Below are positions 23,097 through 36,100 of a stretch of 64,000 nt of DNA, in pieces. The notes under the pieces were generated by a model that worked only from the letters and a program-made list of their open reading frames with translations, was not told the origin of the DNA and did no database searches. The stretch spans positions 121,522,001 through 121,586,000 of the forward strand of contig NC_086097.1 in NCBI RefSeq assembly GCF_963921235.1, given 5' to 3'. A program made the position numbers and the translations under genes. Position 1 is the stretch's first letter, and each line of letters begins with the position of its first letter. This DNA comes from Mobula hypostoma (taxonomy: Eukaryota).

Positions 23097-26000
23097 CATC
23101 ATCATCAGGTGCCGTGCCCAGTTTGAGCTTTGACTGCCATGGCCCACACACTCCTGTTTCGGGTCAAGTGGATCAATTCATTGGTATTCATTTCCAGTTC
23201 TCTGGCTGCTGTCTCCATCATCATTTGTCTTTGTCTTCCGCTTGCTTTCTTCCCTTCAATCTTTCCCATAGTTACTGTGCATTCTAACTCCTCTCTCCTA
23301 ATCACATGTCCATAGAAACCATAGAAAGTACAGCACAGAAACAGGCCTTTTGGCCCTTCTTGGCTGTGCCGAACCATTTTCTGCCTAGTCCCTCTGACCT
23401 GCACACGGACCATATCCCTCCATACACCTCCCATCCATGTATCTGTCCAATTTATTCTTAAATGTTAAAAAAGAACCCGCATTTACCACCTCATCTGGCA
23501 GCTCATTCCATACTCCCACCACTCTCTGTGTGAAGAAGCCCCCCCAATGTTCCCTTTAAACTTTTCCCCCCTCACCCTTAACCCATGTCCTCTGGTTTTT
23601 TTCTCCCCTTGCCTCAGTGGAAAAAGCCTACTTGTATTCACTCTATCTATACCCATCATAATTTTATATACCTCTATCAAATCTCCCCTCATTCTCCTAC
23701 ACTCCAGGGAATAAATTCCTAACCTATTCAACCTTTCTCTGTGACTGAGTTTCTCAAGTCCCGACAACATCCTTGTAAACCTTCTCTGCACTCTTTCAAC
23801 CTTATTTATATCCTTCCTGTAATTTGGTGACCAAAACTGAACACAATACTCCAGATTTGGCCTCAGCAATACCTTATACGACCTCATCATAACATTCCAG
23901 CTCTTATACTCAATACTTCGATTAATAAAGGCCAATGTACCAAAAGCTCTCTTTACGACCCCATCTACCTGTGACGCCACTTTTAGGGAATTTTGTATCT
24001 GTATTCCCAGATCCCTCTGTTCCATTGCACTCCTCAGTGCCTTACCATTAACCCTGTATGTTCTACCTTGGTTTGTCCTTCCAACGTGCAATACCTCACA
24101 CTTGTCTGTATTAAACTCCACCTGCCATTTTTCAGCCTATTTTTCCAGCTGGTCCAAGTCCCTCTGCAGGTTCTGAAAACCTTCCTCACTGTCTACTACA
24201 CCTCCAATCTTTGTATCATCAGCAAATTTGCTGATCCAATCTACCACATTATCATCCAGATCATTGATATAGATGACAAATAACAATGGACCCAGCACTG
24301 ATCCCTGTGTCACAGGCCTCCACTCGGAGAAGCAATTCTCTGTGGCTTCTTCCATTGAGCCAATGTCTGATCCAATTTACCACCTCTCCATGTATACCTA
24401 GCGACTGAATTTTCCTAACTAATCTCCCATGCGGGACCTTGTCAAAGGCCTTACTGAAGTCCATGTAGACAATATCCACTGCCTTCCCTTCATCCACTTT
24501 CCTGGTAACCTCCTCGAAAAACTCCAATGAAGTTACTTTGTCTTTTCATGACCTCGTACATTATTTCTCTTTTTGTGTTTGCTCTGTTCATGACATCCTT
24601 GTTAGATATTCGTTTCATCTGTGATATTCTTTGCATCCTCCTCAAAAACCACATCTCTGCTGCTACAATTCATTTCCTCATGTTACTAGATATTGTCCAA
24701 CATTCTGAGCTATATAACATAACTGGATAAACGTAACATTTCAGTACTCTGAGGCGGGTTGTAGTTTAGTATTGGTCAGTATACTCTTCATTCTCGTAAA
24801 GGTGTCTTTTGCCATCCCTATTCTTCTTTTGATGTCCATGTCGCACCTGCTGACTGATGTCACCCAGCTTCCTAAGTAGCAAAAGTTCTGTACTTGTTTT
24901 ATGTCTTCCCTGTTTATTCTCAGCCTGCAGATAGGATTCTCCTTCTTTTTGGATATCACCATATATTCTGTCTTTTTGCAATTGATAGATAGACCCATTT
25001 TTGCACTTTCTTCAACAATTATACCAATTAAGTTTTGTAGTTCTTCCTCCGTACTTGCAATTAACACAGTGTCATCTGCATATCTGAAATTATTGTTGTT
25101 TTCACTGCCAATTTTAATTCCCAAGATGTCTCTTAATTTTTGTAATATTGTTTCACTGTACACATTAAATAAATCAGGGGAGAGAACACACACTTGTCTA
25201 ACGCCTTTCTTGATTTTCGTAAACTGACTCACTTCTCCATCTATTTTTACAGTGGCGGTTTGTACCCATTACAGATTTCTGATTAGGCAGAGGTCTTTTG
25301 AATCTAGATCTAGAGTTTTCTGTAATATTTCAAATAACTTATTGTGCTTCACTTTATCAAGTGCTTTTGTATAGTCGATAAAACAAACAAACAAACAAAT
25401 CTTTTTGCACCTGAATAGCTCGTTCTGATGGTATCCTTAACATCAATATTGCGTTTCTTGTACCTTTGTCTTTCACAAAACCACATTGTTCTTTGTCTAT
25501 TTCAGCTTGTATCTTACTTTTAGCTCTTGTCATCAAAATTCTTAGAAGTAACTTGGTGCCATGACTCATTAAACTTATGGTCCTATGTAATTCACATTCT
25601 ATTGCTCCAGGTTCCTTAGGAAGAATGATAATTACTGATTTTTTTCACCTCTTCTGGTATTATTCCAGTCTCATCAATGTCATTGATTAAATCAGTAAGT
25701 TTTTCAATTCATAATCTTCAAGGGCGACAATTTGTCAGGACCGAATTCATCAGGACCTGCTGCCTTTCCTTTCTTCATCTTATTTATTGCACTACGAACT
25801 TCAGATTTTAAAATACTTGGACCTTCAATGTTTTTCTTAATTTCTGATTTTTCACCTCGATCGTCTTCAAACAATTCCTGAATATACTCAGTCCATCTGT
25901 TCGTATTCTCATCTTTTTCCGTGGTAATGTTACCGTCCTTTGCTTTCAAACATCCATCTGAAGAACAGAAGAGCTTTTTGCCATTGATATTCTTGATTTG

Positions 26001-26724
26001 TTGATGTAACCTTTTTGGATCACTAATAGGGATTCTTTTTATTTGCTCACATTCCTGGTTTAACTATTCTTCTTTGGCTTTTTGACATAATCTTGTAACT
26101 TTTTAATCTAAGGACTTAAAATCTAATGGAAGAAAGCAAAGCCTATAGAATTTCTTCTGTTATCCATTTATTCTTTGAGCTTCTTTTCTTTTTTAGGAGT
26201 CACTGACTTTGCTGATTCTTCCGAAGCATCCTTTAGAGAGTTAAATTTAATTTCTACGTGCTTGCTATCATCTTCAACAGATTCTATTTCTAGACTTTGA
26301 AATCTATTCCTTACTTCAATTGTAAATTTTTGTGTTCAGTTTTCTTCTTTAATTAATTGCAAGTAGTTAAGGGATTGTTCAGGTTTTTGCTTCTTTAGTT
26401 TTTCAAGTTTTACTTTTACATGACATACTACTGGGTAATGGTCACTATTACAGTCTGCACCTGGATATGTTTTGCACTGAGTCACTGAGTTTCTAAATCT
26501 TTGGTTTATCGTAATAAAGTCAATTTGATTTCTACTGTTATCACCTGGACTTCTCCAGGTCCACAAGTGTCTTGGATGGTTTTTAAAGTAGGTATTCATA
26601 ATGACCTGATTATTCATCTTGCACGATTCTGCCCATTTTTCACCTCTTTCATTTCTTTCCCTGAGTCCAAATTTTCCTATGGTATTTTCATCAGCACCTT
26701 GTCCCATGACAATAACAATATCAA
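23097..26724 (-). mobile_element. RTE-clade LINE, 5'-truncated, interrupted by a CR1
   Basis: APE (GKFGL.ERNERGE, RNQIDFI, GADCNSDH) and RT (KGVRQ.CVLSPDLFN, RYADDTVLIA). (TGA)n tail at 23097-23107. 7-bp TSD tagctct at 23090-23096/26725-26731. Confidence 0.9.
23313..24526 (-). mobile_element. CR1 LINE 3' fragment nested in the RTE
   Basis: ORFs 23483..24121, 24137..24355 ([11 protein letters not shown]) and 24261..24527 (YMDFSKAFDKVPH). tcca at both junctions; the RTE frame QSNFIGHVIRRE rejoins across it. Confidence 0.9.
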
Positions 26725-26854
26725 TAGCTCTAAGGACTGGAATTTGATTGTAAACAAGGTAGGAGAGCAGAAAGCTGATTGGATGAGGAACTAAACAATC
26801 GGGGAATGGACTATGGGGGTATAAATACCACCAGGCTGGACATGCCCAGGCATC

Positions 26855-26897
26855 ATCCCTGATGAAGGTGGCAGAGTTTGTTACTGAAATGTCTTTT
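26855..26897 (+). ncRNA. Decayed hammerhead-like motif of the second PLE family
   Basis: CUGAUGA-A-[GGUGGCAG/UUGUUACU stem]-GAA-AUGU-C; helix I no longer pairs. Confidence 0.45.
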
Positions 26898-27678
26898 GTA
26901 ATCGATACCTGTACCCGACTGGAAGCCTGAGAAGGGTTTATTCATCATATATGGCGGGAAAGCAACTAGATCCTATTTCAAATTAAACCTCCTCCACTAT
27001 TATGGCTGTATTGTAATGATGATTCCACATTCTAGCCCACTCCTGCTTTCTTCTCATTTCTTCTGATGAATCTGACACTGCCTTAAAAATATATCAACAT
27101 TCTGCTTCCACTGCCCTTTGAGGAAGACTCTTAGACATTCTATGTTTGCAATCTACGATCTTGTTCACACATCTGTGAAGCTGCAGTAACAACTTGCATT
27201 AATGAGGGTGGTTCTCAACAATAAGTGCAAATTATGGGAAGATGCCAACCAAGCATCTCAGTTTTTCAAGAAAGCTTAACGGCATTGTCATTGTTGATAA
27301 TATTATTTTGTCTAAAAATTTGCATAACTCTTACAAGTGGAAGTGGTGGATGCTGGTTTGATTTCAACATTTAAGACAGGTTTGAATAGGTACTGTAAGT
27401 GGATAGGAGGGATATGGAGGGCTACGTCTGGGTGCATGTCAAGGGGACTAGGTAGAATAATAGTTCAGCACAAACTAGATGGTCTGAAGGGCCTCTTCTA
27501 TGCTGTAGTATTCTATGATGCGAAGCAATATTTCTGCTGGTAGAAAGTGATTGTACCAAAAATATCATTTGAAACTCATTCATTGGCATGCTGAAAGTAG
27601 TGACTTTACTCTTTTTAAGCTTGTTTCACTAAAAATGTTTAAGTAATTAAAGTTAATTCTTTCTGTGTTTCATTTAAG

Positions 27679-27898
27679 GAAGTGCCTGTTTTTGGCTGGT
27701 CCTTTCAGAACCCAGCTGTCAGTCAAACTCTTGCAGTGCTTGCGGATTACAGATGCTCCAAATTTCTATGGGCTTCCTTCATTAGAGCGGGCACTACATG
27801 GAATGGTCCACGTCCTGGCTCTTCCTGGATGGAGTCTGCACTCAGCCACTGTGGAATCCTATTCACTTTGTACTAAATATCTGACTGGCCTTCTGGAG
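27679..27898 (+). CDS. RTTN: Rotatin exon 7 of 9: [73 protein letters not shown]
   Basis: Inside ORF 27665..27946. tttaag acceptor, GTATGC donor. [19 protein letters not shown] motif; phase 2/0. Confidence 0.95.
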
Positions 27899-28067
27899 GT
27901 ATGCATTCAAATACTTGGCATAATCTGTGAAATGATTAAATTTTAAATGAGATTTAGACTTGGAGCAGGTACACATAGCGCTTTAGGAAAAAACTAAAAG
28001 ATATAACATTTCAACAACCAGTTATAAAAAAAAACGATCTCTATAGACACTGGAACTATTCTGTAGG

Positions 28068-28575
28068 TTAGAATACTATAACTGGAATACTGTGTTCAGT
28101 TCTGGTTGCTTCATTATATTGTAGGAGTGATCTGGAAGCCAAAGGGAGGATGTGGAGGATGCTGCCTGGATCAGAGAGCATGTTTTTTAACGATAGATTG
28201 AGCAAGCTGGGGCTTTCTCTTTGGAGAGAAGGACAATGAGAGGTGAACTGATCGAGGTGTATAAGATGAGCAGAGGTATTGATCAAGTGGATGGCTAGAG
28301 ACTTTTCCCCAAGGGCTATCACAGAACATAGAGCGTAAAAATCTACAGCATATTACAGGGCCTTTGGCTCACACTGTTATGCAAACCATGTAACCTACTC
28401 TAGAAACTGCCTAGAATTTCTCTACCGCATAGCCCTCTAGTTTTCTAAGCTCCATCTAGCTATCTAAGAGTATCTTAGACCCTATTTAAGGTGTTTGAAG
28501 GAAAGAATATTGGGGTTGTCAGAGGTAACCAGAGAGTATGGTCGGTGTGTGGAACACTCTACCAGGGGTGGTGGA
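28068..28575 (+). mobile_element. Sense CR1 fragment interrupted by an antisense CR1 tail (about 28322-28485)
   Basis: ctggaatactgtgttcagttctgg...gagaggtgaactgatcgaggtgtataagat; resumes at tttaaggtg...gtgtggaacactctaccagggg. Confidence 0.65.
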
Positions 28576-30936
28576 CTTGGACTTGGTTCTGAGAATTGAC
28601 CCAGGGTAAGTGGAACAAGCATCAGTCGGCAATGTCAAGAAAACATTAATCATTGGTTTAAGGTAGTTTAGAAGAGATTTGCAAAAGGATTGCAAAAGGT
28701 CAGATTTGAATGGAATGAGGACATACAGTGTATACCTTTAGCAAATTAGATATTAATCTTGGCAGGCAAAACTAATAAGATAATAAGAGATCTTTAATAT
28801 GGAGATATTTCAGCCAGTGTGTAAATATGTACATTCCCATGAATTTTCTCCTTCATTTCACATTCTTACAGATGCTATAGAACATAGAACAATACAGCAC
28901 AGTACAGCAAAGCACAGGCCCTTTGGCCCATAACATTTTCCAAATCCTTTAACCTACTCCAAGATCAACCTAACCCTTCCCTTCTACATAGCCCTCCGTT
29001 TTTCTGTCATCCAGGTTCTTACTAAGAGTTTCTTAAATGTCCCCAATGTGCCTGCCTCTAACACCATCCCTAGCAGGGTGTTCAAAGCACCAACCACTCT
29101 GTAAAACAAAATTTAACTCTAACATCACCCTCTACTTTTTTCCAACCATCTTAATATAATACCCCTTCTTATTAGCCATGTCTGCTCCGGGAAAAAGTTT
29201 CTGGACACTTACTCTATGCCTCTTGTACACTTCAGTCAATTCACCTCTCATCCTCTTCCACTTCAAAGAGAAAAATCCTACCTTGTTCAGCCTCTCCTAA
29301 TAAGATGTGCTTTCTAATCCAGACAGCATCCTGGAAAATCTCCTCTGCATCTTCTCTAATATTCCCTCATCCTTTCTATAATGAAGCAACCAGAACTATA
29401 ATATTCCAAGCGTGGTCTAACCAGGGTTTTATAGAGCTGCCACATTACCATGTGGCTCTTGAAACTTTTCTGCTGAGTCTGAAACAATCACATTTACCTC
29501 AGTCAACCAAAGGCTGTGCTGTTGCATTGCAGGCAAATCTCGTTATCAATGTTGGTTTTCATCAAGAGAAGATGTTCTGAAAATGGTTCAGAAAACATGT
29601 GATATAGAGAGTGCAAGTTGACAGTGTGCTGTGACTGAGTGCAAGGAAGTTGTGATGAACCTTCATAAATCACTCGGTTCGGTCACAACTGAAATATTGT
29701 GTACAGTTATGGACTTTACACTTTGGAGAAGATGTGAAGATTTGGAGAGGGTGCAGAAGAAATTTATTTCAGGAATGAGATACTTCGGCTATGTAGATAT
29801 CCTGGAGAAACTCTGGCTACTTTCCTTGAAATAGAGGAGGTTGCAAGGAGATAAGGCCATAAGGCATAGGAGCAGAATTAGGCCATATGGCCCATTGAGT
29901 CTGCTCCGCCATTTCATCATGCCTGATCCATTTTTCCTCTCAGTCCCAGTTTCCTGCCACCCCCCATTCTGTATCCCTTTATGCCCAGAACAATCAAGAA
30001 TCTATCAGCCTCTTGTCTTAAATAGATGTAAGGACTTGGCCTCCACAGCTGCCTGTGGCAACAGATTTCACAGATTCACCATTCTCTGGCCAAAGAAAGA
30101 CTTCCTCATCTCCATTCTAAAAGAACACCACTTTATTTTGAGGCTGTGTCCTCTGGTCTTAGACTCTCCCACCATAGAAAACATCTTCACATCCCCTTTA
30201 TCAAGGCCTTCCACTATTCGATAAGTTTCAATTAGGTCACCCCTCATTCTTCTGAATTCCAGTGAATACAGGCCCAGAGCCATCAAATGCTCTTCAGAGG
30301 ATAAGCTGTTCAATTCTGGAATCAGTTTTTGTGAGACTGCTTTGAACCCTCTTCTGTTTCAGCACATCCTTTCTATGATAAGGGGCACAAATATGCTCAC
30401 AATACTCCAAGTGAGGCCTCTCCAGTGCTTTATCAAGTTTCAACATTACATCCTTGCTTTTATATTTAATATGAATGTTAACATCACAAACTCAATCTGC
30501 AAATTAACCTTCACAAGGACTTCGAAGTCCATGTGCGCCTGTTTTTTTTTGTATTTTCTTTCCATTTAGAAAACAGTCAGCTCTTTCATTTCTTCTACCA
30601 AAATGCATGACCTTACACTCCCTGACTCTATATTCCATCTGCCACTTCTTTGCACATTCTCCTAATCTGTCTGTCCTTCTGTAGCCTACTTCTGCAAAAC
30701 TTCCTGCTCCTCCACCTTTCTTTGTATCCACAAACTTTGCAACAAAGCTATCAAATCCGTCATCCAAATCATTGATATATAATGTAAAAAGAGTGGTCTC
30801 AATTCAGATCTCTGTGGCCACCAAACAAAACTCTCTTTATTCCTACCCTTTGCCTCCTGCCAATCAACCACTGCTTTATTCATGCTAGAATATTTCCTTT
30901 AATACCATGGACTCATAACTTCTTAAGCAGCCTCAC

Positions 30937-33900
30937 AGAAACATAGAAACATAGAAAATAGGTGCAGGAGTAGGCCATTCGGCCCTTCGAGCCTGCATCG
31001 CCATTTATTATGATCATGGCTGATCATCCAACTCAGAACCCTGCACCAGCCTTCCCTCCATACCCCCTGATCCCTGGAGCCACAAGGGCCATATCTAACT
31101 CCCTCTTAAAATTAGCCAATGAACTGGCCTCAACTTGTTTCCTGTGGCAGAGAATTCCACAGATTCAGCACTCTGTGTGAAGAAGTTTTTCCTAATCTCG
31201 GTTCTAAAAGGCTTCCCCTTTATCCTCAAACTGTGACCCCTCGTTCTGAACTTCCCCAACATCAGGAACAATCTTCCTGCATCTAGCCTATCCAATCCCT
31301 TTAGGATTTTATACGTTTCAATCAGATCTCCCCTCAATCTTCTAAATTCCAACGAGTACAAGCCCAGTTCATCCAGTCTTTCTTCATATGAAAGTCCTGC
31401 CATCCCAGGAATCAATCTGGTGAATCTTCTTTGTACTCCCTCTATGGCAAGGATGTCTTTCCTCAGATTAGGGGACCAAAACTGCACACAATACTCCAGG
31501 TGTGGTCTCACCAAGGCCTTGTACAACTGCAGTAGTACCTCCCTGCTCCTGTACTCGAATCCTCTCGCTATAAATGCCAGCATACCATTCGCCTTTTTCA
31601 CCGCCTGCTGTACCTGCATGCAAACTTTCAATGACTGGTGTATAATGACACCCAGGTCTCGTTGCACCTCCCCTTTTCCTAATCAGCCACCATTCAGATA
31701 ATAATCTGTTTTCCTATTTTTGCCACCAAAGTGGATAACTTCACATTCATCCACATTAAATTGCATCTGCCATGAATTTGCCCACTCACCCAACCTATCC
31801 AAGTCACTCTGCATCCTCTTAGCATCCTCCTCACAGCTAACACTGCCACCCAGCTTCGTGTCATCCGCAAACTTGGAGATGCTGCATTTAATTCCCTCAT
31901 CCAAGTCATTAATATATATTGTAAACAACTGGGGTCCCAGCACTGAGCCTTGCGGTACCCCACTAGTCACTGCCTGCCATTCTGAAAAGATCCCGTTTAT
32001 TCCCACTCTTTGCTTCCTGTCTGCTAACCAATTCTCTATCCACATCAATACCTTACCCCCAATACCGTGTGCTTTAAGTTTGCACACTAATCTCCTGTGT
32101 GGGACCTTGTCAAAAGCCTTTTGAAAATCCAAATATACCACATCCACTGGTTCTCCCCTATCCACTCTACTAGTTACATCCTCAAAAAATTCTATGAGAT
32201 TCGTCAGACATAATTTTCCTTTCACAAATCCTTGCTGACTTTGTCGGATGATTTCACCGCTTTCCAAGTGTGTTGTTATCACATCTTTGATAACTGACTC
32301 CAGCAGTTTCCCCACCACCGACGTTAGGCTAACCGGTCTATAATTCCCCGGTTTCTCTCTCCCTCCTTTTTTAAAAAGTGGGGTTACATTAGCCACCCTC
32401 CAATCCTCAGGAACTAGTCCAGAATCTAAAGAGTTTTGAAAAATTATCACTAATGCATCCACTATTTCTTGGGCTACTTCCTTAAGCACTCTGGGATGCA
32501 GACCATCTGGCCCTGGGGATTTATCTGCCTTTAATCCCTTCAACTTACCTAACACCACTTCCCTACTAACATGTATTTTGCTCAGTTCCTCCATCTCACT
32601 GGACCCTCTGTCCCCTACTATTTCTGGAAGATTATTTATGTCCTCCTTAGTGAAGACAGAACCAAAGTAATTATTCAATTGGTCTGCCATGTCCTTGCTC
32701 CCCATAATCAATTCACCTCTTTCTGTCTGCAGGGGACCTGCATTTGTCTTTACCAGTCTTTTCCTTTTTACATATCTATAAAAGCTTTTACAGTCAGTTT
32801 TTATGTTCCCTGTCAGTTTTCTCTCATAATCTTTTTTCCCCTTCCTAATTAAGCCCTTTGTCCTCCTCTGCTGAACTGGAATTGATACTACCCCTAATTT
32901 CTCTTGTCAGCCACGGGTGCACTACCTTCCTTGATTTATTCTTTTGCCAAACTGGGATGAACAATTGTTGTAGTTCATCCATGCAATCTTTAAATGCTTG
33001 CCATTGCATATTGACCGTCAATCCTTTAAGTGTCATTTGCCAATCTATCTTAGCTAATTCACATCTCATACCTTCCAAGTTACCCCTCTTTAAGTTCAGA
33101 ACCTTTGTTTCTGAATTAACTATGTCACTCTCCATCTTAATGAAGAATTCCACCATATTATGGTCACTCTTACCCAAGGGGCCTCTCACGACAAGATTGC
33201 TAATTAACCCTTCCTCATTGCTCAAAACCCAGTCCAGAATAGCCTGCTCTCTCGTTGGTTCCTCGACATGTTGGTTCAAAAAACCATCCCGCATACATTC
33301 CAAGAAATCCTCTTCCTCAGCACCTTTACCAATCTGGTTCACCCAATCTACATGTAGATTGAAGTCACCCATTATAACTGCTGTTCCTTTATTGCACACA
33401 TTTCTAATTTCTTGTTTAATACCATCTTCGACCTTACTACTACTGTTAGATGGCCTGTACACAACTCCCACCAGCATTTTCTGCCCCTTAGTGTTATGCA
33501 GCTCTACCCATATCGATTCCACATCTTCCCAGCTTATGTCCTTCCTTTCTATTGCATTAATCTCCTCTTTAACCAGCAACGCCACCCCACCTCCTTTCCT
33601 TTCATGTCGATCCCTCCTGAATATTGAACATCCCTGAACGTTGAGCTCCCATCCTTGGTCACCCTGGAGCCGTGTCTCGATGATCCCAACTATATCATAA
33701 TCATTAATAACAATCTGCACTTTCAATTCATCCACCTTGTTACGAATGCTCCTTGCATTGACACACAAAGCCTTCAGGCACTCTTTTACAACTCTCTTAG
33801 CCCTTATACAATTATGTTGAAAAGTGGCCCTTTTTGATGCTTGCCCTGGATTTGTCGGCCTGCCACTTTTACTTTTCTCCTTAGTACTTTTTGCTTCTAC

Positions 33901-34080
33901 CCTCACTTTACACCCCTCTGTCTCTCTGCCCTCGTTCCCATCCCCCTGTTATGAACTAACCTCCTCTCGCCTAGCCTATTTAATTTGATTCCCACCCCCC
34001 AACCATTCTAGTTTAAAGTCACCTCAGTAGCTCTCGCTAATCTCCCTGCCAGGATATTGGTCCCCCTAGGATTCAAGTGT
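30937..34080 (-). mobile_element. Younger CR1 LINE: near-complete ORF2 (APE+RT) and end of ORF1, 5'-truncated
   Basis: ORFs 32845..33906 (NARSIRNK, MGDFN, LGKSDH), 31683..32711 (FADDTKLGG) and 31095..31667; (TTTCTATG)n tail at 30937-30957. Confidence 0.95.
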
Positions 34081-34102
34081 TGCACTTTGTCAAAGGCCTT
34101 CT

Positions 34103-34334
34103 GAGGGTCCAAATACACAACGTTAACCGAGTCTCCTTTGTGTGTCCACCTTTTTATTTCTTCAAATAATTCCAACACATTTGTCAGGCAAGATTTTCCC
34201 TTGAAGAAACCATGCTGAGAGGGTCCAAATACACAACATTAACTGAGTCTCCTTTGTGTATCCATCTTTTTATTTCTTCAAATAATTCCAACACATTTGT
34301 CAGGCAAGATTTTCCCTTGAAGAAACCATGCTGA
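34103..34334. repeat. Tandem duplication, 2 x 116 bp
   Basis: 34103-34218 versus 34219-34334, 4 transition differences. Confidence 0.95.
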
Positions 34335-35844
34335 CTACGGACTACTTTATCATGTGCTCCAAGAATTCTGAAACCACATCCTTAGCAATTGACTCCAACA
34401 TCTTCCCAAGCACTGAGGTCAAACTAACTGGCCTATAGTTTCCTTTCTTCTGCCTCACTCCCTTCTTGAAGAGTGGAGTGACATTTGCAATTTTCCAGTA
34501 TTCCAGAATCATTCCAGAATCTAGTGTTTTTTTGAAAGATCTTTACTAGTACTTTCACAATCTCTTCAGTTACCTCTTTCAGGATCCTGGGGTGTACATC
34601 ATCTGGTCCAGGTGACTTATCTACCTTCAGACCTTTCAGTTTCCCAAGAATCTTCTCCCTAGTAATGGCAACTTCACACATTTCTGCCCACTGACATTTT
34701 TGAACTTTTGGCATATTGCTAGTGTCTTCCACAGTGAAGATTAATGCTGAATACTTATTAAGTTTTGTAGTTTCCTTGTCCCCCATTACTTCCTCTCCAG
34801 TATCGTTTTCTAGCTGTCCAATATCCATTCTCACCGCTCTCTCTTACACTTCAAGTATCTGAAGAAAAGTTTGGCTTCCACTTTAATATTATTGGCTAGC
34901 TTACTTTTGTATTCCTCTTTACCTTCTAAATGACTCTTTAGTTACCTTCTGTTGATTTTTAAAAGCTTCCCAATCCTCTAACTTCCCACTAATTTTTGCT
35001 CTATTATATACCCTTTCTTTGACTTTCATGTTGGCTTTGTCTTCTCTTGTTAGCCACATTTGTGTCATCTTACCTTTAGAATACTTATTCCTCTTTGGGA
35101 TGTATGTATCCTATGCCTTCTGAATTGTTTCCAGAAATTCCAGCCATTACTGCTCTGCTGGCATCCCTGCCTGTGTCCTTTTCCAGTCAATTTTGGCCAA
35201 TTCCCTTTTCATGTCTCTGCATTTCCCTTTACTCTACTGTAATACTGATACATCTGACTTTCGCTGCTACTTGTCAACTTTCTGGGTGAATTCAAAAATA
35301 TTATGATCACTTGGCCCTTAGGGTTCCTTTACCTTAAGCTTTCTAATTAATTCCAGTTCATTGCACAACACCCAATCCGGAATAGCTGGTTCCCTTAGTG
35401 GGTTCAACCATGAGTTGGTCCAAAAAGCCATCTCGTAGGCATTCTAGAAATTTCCGCTGTGGGGATCCAGCACCAACCTGATTTTTGCCAATCTACCTGA
35501 GATCTGGAAGTATTTAAATTTAGAAAGGATTGAGATGGAGCAGATAGAAATGGACCCAGTGGTAGAAGAATGAAGAGCTAATTGACATAGAGTTTAGATG
35601 ATTAGCAATAAAAACAGATGTAACATGAGGAAAATCATTTTTATTCTTCCAGCATGTGTTTTAGTTCTGGAATATCCTACCAGCAGTAGTGATGGAGATG
35701 GGTTCAGCTGCAGCATTCAGAAAGGAGCTGGATAAGTATCTGAAAGGAAAAACTTGCAAGACAATAGGGAGTAAGTAGGCAGGTGAGACAGGCCAGATGT
35801 TTTTGCATGTAGTTCATATGACTCTGGCGGGCTACAAATCACCG

Positions 35845-36100
35845 ATTGGAGTTCAATTCCTGCCACTGCCTGTAAGGGATTTTTATATGTTTTTTCGGGA
35901 CCACGTGGGTTTCCACCAAGTACACAGTTTCTTCCCACATTCGAACAACATATGGTTAGGGTTAGTGCGTTATGGATGTACTATGTTGGTGCTGGAAGTT
36001 TGACGACATTTGTGGGCTGCTCCAGCAGAATCCACGGACTGTGGTCGTTGCCACAAAATATCCCATTTCACGTATATTTTGATGTGTGTTGGATAAATAG
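35845..36100 (+). mobile_element. V-domain SINE
   Basis: gagttcaattcc B-box-like site plus shared core and tail. Confidence 0.6.

Larger units (their letters stand above)
22094..26965. mobile_element. Second PLE family: inverted pair of 3' ends split by later insertions (left arm 22094-22172 + 22914-23068; right arm 23070-23096 + 26725-26965)
   Basis: Arms are mutual reverse complements (perfect 21-bp IR at 23034-23054/23070-23090). They encode EEKNFNKDKGLALSKN (like the NRDxG..L end of PLE endonucleases), followed by TATAAATA and CTGATGA...GAAA. Confidence 0.75.
29853..35498 (-). mobile_element. Older CR1 LINE (29853-30936 + 34081-35498)
   Basis: ORFs 30068..30313, 30504..30767 and 34433..34834 (LKVDKSPGPDDVHPRILKE); the sequence rejoins across the younger insert. 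Confidence 0.85.
29620..35790 (+). mobile_element. Old sense CR1 fragment (about 29620-29852 + 35499-35790) hosting two nested antisense CR1s
   Basis: ...RRLQGD continues after 35503 with an EVFK-like sequence; gagat duplicated at 29848-29852/35499-35503. Confidence 0.6.

Noticed and set aside
23105..23434. 109-aa ORF as a gene
   Set aside because: Accidental chimera of a CR1 tail and the RTE C-terminus.
31420..33637. Long plus-strand ORFs (31720..32124, 32858..33637; likewise 40451..42853)
   Set aside because: Antisense shadows of CR1 ORF2.
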